Source: the human T2T-CHM13v2.0 reference genome, Homo sapiens. Taken from it: a stretch of DNA of 64,000 nt. Each line of letters begins with the position of its first letter. The stretch's first letter is position 1. Location: the NCBI RefSeq assembly GCF_009914755.1, contig NC_060928.1. One strand, given 5' to 3'. The notes beneath the pieces are model-generated. The model ran no database searches. It had not been told where the DNA came from and was given only the letters and a program-made list of their open reading frames with translations. The position numbers were made by a program, and so were the translations under genes. Below, in pieces: positions 49,298 to 64,000 of this stretch.

Positions 49298-49298
49298 A

Positions 49299-50176
49299 TC
49301 CAATTAATGGAAAAAACTGAATACCATTTTAACTTTAGCCAATATGTTCAAACATAGACTCTTTTACACTTAATTTTTTATAAACCTTTCACACCTTGTT
49401 CAAACCTTTAGCTTTATTTTAAACAATCCTTTAACCCTATAACCTAGGCAAAAATGTACATTCCTGTACATTCTTATAATATCTTATAAAAAACACATTT
49501 CATTCACCTTACACACCTTGCATGTAAACCTACTTTTCCAGTAGTCTCAATTACATATTACAATGTTAATTCTTAGCAACTTTTACTTTGGGTGAAAACG
49601 TTGGTAAGTAAGGATTTTAATTATGTACTAAGTGTGGAGCCTAGGACCCAGAGAGAAATGCAGACGAGGTCTGACTCTTTTCAGCATCTAACTTCACATG
49701 TTCCAGGCCTTACCTAGATGTAAAGCAGGTAAGCTGAACAGTTAAGAGTTATAGTGGCATTTTATGAAGCGTTAGGAGGCTTAATCACCTTTAAATTATA
49801 TAACACTTCTGGCATAAATTCCTTTTCATAAATTCTTTCACAACTTACACAGACCATGTACAACATGTTTAGACTTTCTGACATTTCCTAAACATTCCTC
49901 TTTTTAAACAACCAGTCATTTTACTTTAGGACAAGAATTTACCATAGAACATCCTTTCTCATATAAAATATCTTTTCTTTATAACCTTCTTTGCATAGTT
50001 AGGGGACATGGATGATTCCATATATCCCCAGGCCTCACTTCAATGTCTCTAAAATAAATCGAACAATTTTCAAAAGCCAAAGCAGTTTATGACCTTAAAG
50101 CATTTAGCAAACCTAATATCTGACCTGCATAATTTAGACAAAATGTATTTTATCAATAATCTTTAAAGCTGTTTTT
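49299..50176 (-). mobile_element. MER57-internal fragment, inverted paralogue of about 32066-32946
   Basis: Reverse complement aligns collinearly with the provirus internal region, roughly 90% identical by eye. Confidence 0.9.
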
Positions 50177-50378
50177 TGAGACAGAGTTTCACTCTTGTTG
50201 CCCAGGCTGGAGTGCAATGGCATGATGCTGGCTCACTGCAACCTCTACCTCTAGGGTTCACGTGATTCTCCTGCTTCAGCCTCCCAAGTAGCTGGGATTA
50301 TAGGTGCCTGCCATTGACGCTCAGCTCACCTCAGCCTCCCAAGTGGTGGGATTACAGGCGTGAGCCACTGTGCCCGGC
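50177..50378 (-). mobile_element. AluS with central deletion, attached to the MER57 fragment
   Basis: Right arm joined directly to the 5' part of the left arm ('gctcagct|cacctcagcc'). Confidence 0.9.
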
Positions 50379-51562
50379 TTCTAATGATTTTTTTGTGCAG
50401 AAATACATAGTATCACAAGAGTGGAGACATGGATTTTAAAATTCTGAGCTTTAAGAAACTTACTCCTCAGATAAACACATGCAAATGAGTCCATGCATTT
50501 ATATAACTGGGAGCTCTCTGAATTAACATTTATGTGGTATATACAATTTATTAAAGCATAACCATGTTTGAGACATTCACATATGTATTTACATGTAACA
50601 CTAGTTTATTTTTTATTGTACAAATTTCATTGAATATACCAAGTTTTATTCTACTATTGATGGACTTTTGTGTTATTTACTATTTTGAAATATTATGAAC
50701 GATAAAAAATCAGACCATCTTTTATTCTTTTTTCTGTTTTAGTTGTTTTGTTCAACTCTCTAAATGCAAGGAACACTCTAATTTCCTTCACCCAGGGCTT
50801 ATTTCTTCCACCACTCCATTCTAGGTATGCCACTGCCTAGGAGTAGAATTGCTGGTAAAGAGGTTGCATATGTTCAGCTTAGTAGATTCTGCCCAGTTTT
50901 CAGAGTTAGTGCACTAATTTACACTTCTGCTAGCAATATATAAAATTCCCAGCTGTTTCGTATTTTCCTATCAGTACTTGTTCTGCCAGGTTTTTTATGC
51001 TAGTTATTCTGATAAGTGTATAATGGCAGCTCAATGTGGTTTTAATTTGCGTTTGCCAAATTACTAAAGAAAGTAAAGTGACAGTTTACGACTTTTAACC
51101 CTGATTGAATTATCTGTGTGGGGTTTAAAAAATGATTTGTAGTAGTTACTTACATTTTCTGGATTAACTACTTTGTTATAAGTATTCTAAATACCCTCTC
51201 TCACTCAGAGGTTACTTTTTTTACTCTCTTAATGATGTCATTTGCTAAATAGAGTACCTCTTTTTAAAATACAGTCATGTGTTGCTCAAAGATAAGGATA
51301 CATTCTGAGAAATGTCATTAGGTTTTTGTGATAAGAACATCAGAGTGTGTTTACACAAACCTAGATGGTACAGCCTACTACACACCTAGGCTTTATGGTA
51401 TAGCTTATTGCTCCTAAGCTACAAACGTGCACAGCATGTTAGTATACCGTATACTGTAGGCTATGTAACACTAGTATTTGTGGATTTAAACATATCTAAA
51501 CTTAGAAAAGATACAGTAAAAATATGGCATAAAAGATAAAAACTGAGGTTTTATGTCCCCAT

Positions 51563-51841
51563 ATATTTGTTGGCTGCATAAGTGTCATCTTTTGAGAAGT
51601 GTCTGTTCATATCCTTTGCCCGCTTTTTGATGGGGTTGTTTTTTTCTTGTAAATTTGTTTAAGTTCCTGGAAGATTCTGGATATTAGACCCTTGTCAGAT
51701 TGGTAGATTGCAAAAATTTTCTCCCATTCTGTAGGTTGCCTGTTTACTCTGATAGTTACTTTTGCTGTGCATAAGTTCTTTAGTTTGATTAGATTCCATT
51801 TGTCAATTTTGGCTTTTGTTGCAATTGCTTTTGGTGTTTTA
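51563..51841 (-). mobile_element. L1PA ORF2 fragment without 3' end (inverted part of a composite insertion)
   Basis: [21 protein letters not shown]... on the minus strand. Confidence 0.9.
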
Positions 51842-52213
51842 GGAAGGAAATTCTGACACATGCTATGATACAGATGAACCTTGAAGACATTATGCTAAGT
51901 GAAATAAGCCAGTCACAAAAGAACAAATACTATATATGACTCCATTTTAAATGAGCTACCTAGAGTGCTTGAATTCATAGAGATAGAAAGTAGAATGGTG
52001 GTTTCCAGGGGCTGGGCAAAGTGGGAATAAGGAGTTATTGTTTAATGGGCATAGAGTTTCCAATTGAGAAGATAAAAAAGGTTTTGGAGAAGGATGGTGC
52101 TGATGGTTGCACAATAACATGAATGTACTTAATGCCACCGAAATGTACACTTAATGGTTAAAATGGTAAATTTTACATTATGTGTATTGTATAATAAATA
52201 CAATATTTGTTAA
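51842..52213 (+). mobile_element. L1MB-like 3' region (part of the composite insertion)
   Basis: 'gaaccttgaagacattatgctaagtgaaataagccagtcacaaaag...gtacttaatgccaccgaaatgtacactt'. Confidence 0.8.
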
Positions 52214-54815
52214 AAAAGATCAAAACTGGTACACTTACCAAATGTATAGGGGCACTTACCATTAATGAAGCTTTCAGGACTGGAAGTTGCTCTGTGTGAG
52301 TGAGTGAGTGAGTGAGTGGCAAGTGAATGTGAAAGCCTAGGACATTACCGTACACTACTATAGACATGCTCAACACTGTGTACTTAGGCTACACTAAATT
52401 TATTTTTTTCCTTTTTTGAAAATAAATTAACTTCAGCTTACTGTAACATTCTTACTTTATGAACTTTTTAAATTTTTGTGACCTTTGTAAAAACACACAT
52501 TGTACAGCTGAACAAAACTATTTTCTTTATACCCACACTCTGTGAGCATTTTTCTATTTAAACTTTTTTGTTAAAAATGGAGACACAAATACACACATTA
52601 GCCTAGGTCTACACAAGATCAGGATCATCAATATCACTGCCTCCCAGTTCTATATCTTGTCCCCCTGGAAGGTCTCCAGGGGAAATAACACACATGGAGC
52701 TGTCATTTCCTATAATTATTATTATAATTCAAATACCTCCTGAAGGACGTGCGTGAGGATACTATAGAGTTAAGATTTTTTAAAATAGGAGTATACCATC
52801 TAAAATAATAATAAATACAATATAGTAAATACATAAACCAGTACCATCATCATTTATTATCAATATCATCATTTATTATCAATATCAAATTTTAGATACT
52901 GTACATAACTATATGAGATAAACTTTTATATGACTGGCAGCATGGTACATTTGTTTACACCAGCATCACCACTAGTAAGTAATGTGTTGCACTGTGGCTT
53001 ATGACAGCTATGATGCCACTAGGCAATAGGAATTTTTCAGCTCCATTATAATCTTATGAAACCACTGTTATATATGCAGTCCATTGTTGACTGAAACATT
53101 GTTATATGACCCATGACTGTAATTGCAATTTATTAGTATTTTGTTCCATGGTTAGTGCTTTTGTGTTCTGTTAAAAACAGAAGATTTTCATTTTAGTACA
53201 GACAAATTTATCAATGTTTTCTTTGATAGTTAGGGCTATTGTGTCCTATTTGAAAGATATTTACCTACTAATCACCATAAAGATAATACAGAAGCTTTAA
53301 TATCTTGTCTATCACAGGTAAATCTAAAGTCTTCCTGGAATTGATTTGTTTTTAATGTGGAGTAAGGCAAGGGTCAAGCTGTCCAATTTACCTAGCATCA
53401 TTAAATAAATGTAACTTCTTTTTTCCATTACCCTGCAGTAGCAGATTTATTACAAATTAAATGACTGAATATATATGAGTTAGTTTCCATACTTTCAATG
53501 ATATATTATTCTTTGAATCTAAACTTGAACTAATAGTTACTTAACATACCTTTATATAAGTCTTTATATTTCACTGCATGAGTGCTACGGATTTGTTCTT
53601 CAATTTTCTCTTGCTTTTTTTTGGTATCCTTGAATTTTCTTATAAATTTAAAGATCAGCTTGTTAGTTTTCACAAAAATGCCTGCTGGGGTTTTGCTTGG
53701 GATTGCACTGATAAAAATTAACTTGGAAAAAATTGGCATGTTTACAATATTGCATCTTATGATTCTTGGTGATAGAATATCCTCCATTTATTGAAATATT
53801 CTATAATTCCCCTCACTAATGCTTTATAATTTTCTGCATTGAGGTCATGTGCTTATTTTGTTAAATTCTATTGCATTTGATTTTTCCTAGTGAATATTGT
53901 GTATTTTTAAAAACTATATTTCTATTTTTTCAGTTACTAGTATATGGAAATAGGATTGCTTTCTCTACGTTTCTTATATTCAATCACTAGATATATTTAC
54001 TTCTTAACTCTAATAATTTATATCTAATTTTAATGAATTTTCTCTTAAAAACTCACGTTGCCTGTGTATGATAGTTTCATTGCATTTTATACCATATTGT
54101 ACTGTTTAGGTCCTCCAATACAATACTAAAGTGGAGAGACAGAACATTCTTTTTAGGTCCCTGTTATGAATATTTCAACCTTCAGCATAAATTTTGAAAA
54201 TAGTTTTTACAATATAAAATAACTTCCTTTCTACTTCTAGTTTAAGAATTTCTGCCATAAATGGGTGTTGAATTTTATTATATATGTACTTTATGGCATC
54301 TATCGAGAAGATCATATGATTTGACTCTTTTGTTCTCCAAATGTGGTGAATTATATTGATGGAAACCTGAATGTTATTCCAACCTTGCATTTCTGGAATA
54401 AGCTCAACTTGGTTGTAGCAATTTTTAAAAATAGACAATTGATTCAATTGCTAATATTGTGAGTAGAATATTTGTAATTGTTTTAATAAGAATCATTGGC
54501 TAATGATTTTCCTTTCTTGTATTATTTTCACCAAGTATTGTAGTCAGGATTATGCTGGCCTCATAAAACATGTTGGAAAGCATTCAACCTTATTCTATTT
54601 TTTGGAAGAGTTTTTTTTTTTTTTTTAAGATTGGTGTCATTTTTAAACAGCTTTATTAAAGTATAGTTTTTATACATATCATTTACTTAAAATGTACAAT
54701 TTGATTAGTTTTTACACAAACCATACTATCTTATGATTCTTGATAATGGTATTTCCTCCACTTATTGATCAGCTCTATTTATTGTTTTTAATTTTTATAT
54801 CTTCCTGATCTCTCT

Positions 54816-54892
54816 ACACACACATGTACACACATATATGGACGTACACACATATATGGACGTACACATATATATGGACACACACATATACA
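54816..54892. repeat. Short ~18-bp tandem repeat (cacacatatatggacgta)
   Basis: About three to four imperfect units read directly. Confidence 0.85.
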
Positions 54893-55194
54893 ATGAAGCT
54901 GTCTGCACAGTGAAGGGAATGTGGATATCCATTGCTCCCAAAGCTTTCTAATGCCATTTTAAAGTCCACTCCTCCATCGGCCAAACTGCATTCCAGGCAA
55001 GCAATTATCTACTTTATATCACTATAGATTACTTTGTAATTCTCTAGACTTCATATAAATATAATTATATAATATGAACTCTTACTTTGGCTTCTCTCAA
55101 CATAATTATTTTGAGATTCATCCATGTTCTTGTCAAGACTTGGTAAAATCTCAATTTTAGTAATTGTTGTGGAAATATAGTGGTATCTCTTTGT

Positions 55195-56682
55195 GCTTTT
55201 TTTGGAATTTTATTTTTAATTTTTAACTTATTTTAAGTTTAGGGGTACAAGTTCAGGTTTGTTAAATAGTTTAACTTGTGTCATAGGGGTTTATTGTAGA
55301 GATTATTTCATCACCAAGGCATTAAGCCTAGCCTAGCATTTTTTCTGATCCTCTCCCTCCTTCCACTCTCCATCCTCTGAAAGGCCCCAGTGTGTGCTGT
55401 TCCCCTCTATGTGTCCATGTACTCTCATCATATTAGCTCACACTTATGAGAACATGCAGTATTTGGTTTTCTGTTCCTGTATTAGTTTGCTAAGGATAAT
55501 GGCCTCTAGCTCAATCCATGTCCCTGCAGAGGACATGATCTCATTCTTTTTTATGGCTTCATAGTAGTATTCCATGGTATATATGTATCACATTTTCCCT
55601 ATCCAGTCTATCATTGATAGACATTTAGGCTGATTCCATGTCTTTGCTATTGTGAATAGTGCTGCAATGAACATGCATCTCATGCATGTACCTGTGTCTT
55701 TATAATAGAATGATTCATATTCCTTTGGGTATATATCCAGTAATGGGATTGCTGGATTGAATGGTATTTCTGTCTTTAGTTCTCGAGGAATGACCATACT
55801 GTCTTCCACAATGGCTGGAACTAATGGTTTGTAGCTTAGGAGCAATAAGCTATGGCTGAACTAATTTACACTCCCAGTACAAGCATTTCTTTTTTTCGTA
55901 ACCTCGCCAACATCTACTGTTTTTTGACTTTTTGATAATAGACATTCTCATTGTGGTTTGATTTGTATCTCTCTAATGATCAGTGATGTTGAGGTTTTTT
56001 TCATATAATTGTTGGCTGCATGGCTGTCTTCTTTTGAAAAGTGTCTGTTTATGTCCTTTGCCCATTTTTTTATAGGGTGGTTTTCTTGTAAATTTGTTGA
56101 AGTTTCTTATTGATGTTGGATATTAGATTTTTGTGGATGCATGGTTTGCGGCAAACATTTTCTCCCATTCTGTAGGTTGTCTGTTTACTCCGTTGATAGT
56201 TTCTTTCGTTTTGCAGAAGCTCTTTAGGTCAATTAGATCCTATTTGTCATTTTTTTCTTTTGTTGCAACTGCTTTTGGTGTCTTCATCATGAAATCTTTT
56301 CCTGTGCCTATGTCCTGAATAGTATGGCCTAGGTTGTCTCCCAGGACTTTTATAGCTTTGGGTTTTACATTCACGTCTTTAATTCATCATAAGTTAATTT
56401 TTGTACATGGTATAAGAACAGGGTCCAGTTTTAATCTTCTGCGTATGGCTAGCCAGTTATCCCAGCACTATTTACTGAATAGAAAATCCTTTCCTCATTG
56501 CTTGTTTTTTGTCGGGTTTGTTGAAGACCAGATAGTTGTTGCTGTGCAGTCTGATTTCTGCATTCTCTATTTTGCTCCATTGGTCTATGTATTTTTTTGT
56601 ACCAGTACCATGCTGTTTTGGTTACTGTAGCCCTGTAGTATAGTTTGAAGTCAGGTAGCATGATGTCTCCAGCTTTGTTCTT
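55195..56682 (-). mobile_element. 5'-truncated L1PA13-like element
   Basis: 3' UTR 'gattatttcatcaccaaggcattaagcctag'; ORF2 [21 protein letters not shown]. Confidence 0.88.
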
Positions 56683-57114
56683 TAATATGCATTTTATTAT
56701 TTTATTGTAAAAGTTAATTACAATTATTAAAACATTAATTTAAAAATTGACACATAATCTAGGAAAACTGACACAGTAAAACCTACTCATCTTATACAGA
56801 TCATGGATTTTGACAAACACATGGAGTACTCTCTATGCTACCATAATCAAAACATAATGTAATTCAATCAGTCCCAAATCTCTTTGCAGTCAAGAATTCT
56901 TCTCACCACCAATTTTTGGCAGCTACTTACCTGTTCTTCATCCCTATAGTCTTCATTTTCCAAGATGCCATATAATGGAAGCATGTAGTAAATGGCTTTT
57001 AGGCTATGATTTCTGAGCAAAAGCAAATTTAAAATTCATAAATAATGTAGTGAATATAAGTAATTTATTGTTTTATTTTGCTGAGTAGTATTCCAATGTA
57101 TGGATGTACCACAG

Positions 57115-59320
57115 TTTCTTTTTTTTAAAAACTTTTATTTGAGATTCATGGGATAGATGTGCACGTTTGTTATCTGGTTACATTGTGTGATGCTGAGGTT
57201 TGAGTTATGAATGATCCTGTCACTCCAGTACTGAACATAGTACCCAATAAAACTCTTTTCCACTTTCATCTCTCCCCCACTAATAGTTCCTAGTTTCTAT
57301 TGTTGCTATTTTTATGTGCATGTGTGCTCAGTGTTTAGTTCCCACTTATAAATGAGAACATGTGGTATTTGGTTTTCTGTTTCTGTGTTAATTCACTTAG
57401 AATAATGGTTTCTAGTTGCATTTATACGAATTCAAAGGACATGATTTTGTTCTTTGTTATAGCTGCATAGTATTCCATGGTATACATGTCCCGTATTTTC
57501 TTTATCCAATCCACTGTTGATAGGCACCTAGGTTGATTCCATGTTTTTGCTAATGTAAGTAGTGCTGCAATGAACATGCCAATGTGTGTGTCTTTTCAAT
57601 AGAAATATTTATTTTCTTTTGTATATATATCCAGTAGTGGAATTGCAGGTTAAACAGCAGTTCTGTTTTAATTTCTCTGGGGAGTTTTCAAACTGCTTTC
57701 TCTATTGGCTGAATTAATTTACATTCCCACATACAGTATATAAACATTCTCCTTTCTCCACAGCCTCACCAGCATCTGTTGTTTTCTGACTTTTTAATAA
57801 TAGCCATTCTGACTGGTGTGAGATGGTATCTTATTGTGGTTTTAATTTGCATTTCTCTGATGATTAGTGATGTGGAGCATTTTATTTTATGTTTGTTTCC
57901 CACTTGTATGTCTTCTTTTGAGAAGTGTCTGCATGTATTTTTTCTCATTTTTTAAAAATGGGGTTATTTGTGTTTCACTTATCCAATTAAATTTCTTATA
58001 GATTCTGTATATTAGCCCTTTGTTGGATGAATAGGTTGTGAATGTTTTCTTCCATTTAGTAGATTGTCTTATTACTCTGTTGATAGTTTCTTTTGCTGTG
58101 CAGAAGCTCTTTAGTTCAATTAGGTCCCACTTGTCAATTTTTTGTTTTTGTTGCAAATGCTTTTGAGGACTTACTCATAAATTCTTTCCCAAGGCTGATT
58201 TCCAGAATGTTGTTTCCTAGGTTTTCTTCTAGGATTCTTATAGTTTGATATCTTACATTTAAATATTTAATCCATCTTAAGTTCCAATCCATCTTAAGTT
58301 AATTTTTGTATATGATGAAAGGTAGGGGTCCAGCTTTATTCTTCTGCAAATGGCTAGCCACCTATCTTCTACAATTGATTGCATAGGGAGTCTTTCCCCT
58401 TGGACAAATTAAACAAAAATAAGCTAAGATTGGGTGGCTGTAGGTGTGCAGCTTTATTTCTGAGTTCTCTTTTCTGTTCCATTGCACTACATGTCTGTCT
58501 TTGTAGCAGAACCATGCTGCTTTAGTTAATATAGCCTTATAGTATAGTTGGAAGTTAGGTAATGTGATGCCATCGGCTTTGTTCTTCTTTGGCAATTTGA
58601 GATCTTTTTGGCTCCATATGAATTTTAGAATAGTTTTTTCTAGTTATGTAAATAATGACATTGCTACTTTGATAGAAATAGTGTTAAACTGGTAGATCAT
58701 TTTGGGCAGCATGGGCATTTTAATGATATTGATTCTTCCAGTCCATGAGCATGAAATGCTTTTTCATTTGTTTGTGTCATCTATGATTTTTATTAGCAGT
58801 GTATTTTAGTTCTCCCTATAGAAGTCTTTCACCTCCTTGGTTAGATGTAGTTCTAGGCATTTTATTTTATTGTATTTTTGGCTATTGTAGATGGGATTGT
58901 GTTCTTGATTTGGCTCTCAGCTTGAATGTTATTGGTGTGTAGAAATGCTAGTGATTTTCATATGTTGATTTTGTATCCTGAAATTTTACTGAAATCATTT
59001 ATCAGTTCCAGGAGGCTTCTGGCAGAATCTTTAGGATTTTTCTGGGTATAGGATCATGTCATCTGTGAAGAAAGATAGTTTTACTTTTCTTTCCCTATTT
59101 GGATGCCCTTTATTTCTTTCTCTTGCCTAGATTACTCTGGTTATGACTTTCAGTACTATGTTAAATATAACATGTTTATATGTTGTACAGGGATCCTTGT
59201 CTTGTTCCGATTCTCAAAAGGAATGACTCTTCAGTTTTTGCCCATCAAGTATGATGTTGGTTGTTTGTCATAGATGACTCTTAGTATTTTGAGGAATGTT
59301 CCTTTGATGCCTAGTTTGTG
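57115..59320 (-). mobile_element. 5'-truncated L1PA15/16-like element
   Basis: 3' UTR 'gtgatgctgaggtttg...catagtacccaata'; ORF2 fragments at 57766-58595. Confidence 0.88.
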
Positions 59321-59711
59321 ATTTGTACATATTTTACCTCAGTCTGTGTCTAGGCTCTTCCTTCTCTTAACTATTTTGAATGTGGAGCAAAAGTTTCTAA
59401 TTTCAGTAAACTTCAATTTATCAATTATTTTACTTTTATGACTTACATTTTTGATGTTACATTTAAGAATTCTGCCTAATCCAAGGTCAAAAATACTTTT
59501 ACTATACTTTCTTCTAAAAGCTTCATAGTATTATGTTTTACATTTACATTTTCAGTAAACATTGGTATAATGTTTGGGGTATTAAGGTTTACTTTTTTTA
59601 TATGCACATCCAATTATTTCAGCATCATTTGTTAAACAACTTTTTTCATTAGTTTATTTTTGTACTTTTATAAATGGTACTTTTTAAAGTGATTATTAGA
59701 AATATAAACTC

Positions 59712-64000
<4,289 letters not shown>

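Larger units (their letters stand above)
51272..53119. mobile_element. Tigger3b (MER7B-like) with both TIRs, interrupted at 51546-52213
   Basis: TA-cagtcatg ... catgactg-TA termini; internal 'cacacctaggc...ttgctcctaagctacaaac', 'gtgagtgagtgag'. Confidence 0.88.
50520..54650 (-). mobile_element. Old L1M (MD/ME-like) body, interrupted by Tigger3b
   Basis: Diverged minus-strand ORF2 remnants ([36 protein letters not shown]). Confidence 0.7.

Overview
AT-rich primate (probably hominoid) genomic DNA, roughly three quarters transposable-element derived. I find no supportable protein-coding gene: the ORF-track hits I can place are broken LINE-1 ORF1/ORF2/ORF0, Tigger transposase relics or Alu/LTR antisense frames, and the rest look like chance short ORFs. 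Main content: an old L1PA15/16 (+) with an MSTA LTR; Tigger2 with a rearranged MADE1; about 8 kb of mostly unique DNA; a full-length L1PA6-like element abutting a complete THE1C provirus; a hollowed-out L1MA holding Tigger1 and a truncated MER57 provirus; and a right half of nested minus-strand L1s and Tigger3b. No new enzymatic system is evident. The most unusual signals are mechanistic: a ~1.1 kb inverted local copy of an ERV+Alu segment fused to an L1 5' junction, a TSD-bounded inverted-L1 + older-L1 composite (twin priming with 3' transduction), several templated/fold-back insertions, a solo poly(A) insertion, and candidate minus-strand exons downstream of an L1 antisense promoter. Subfamily names come from my recollection of consensus sequences and should be confirmed with RepeatMasker/Dfam; boundaries without a TSD are approximate.
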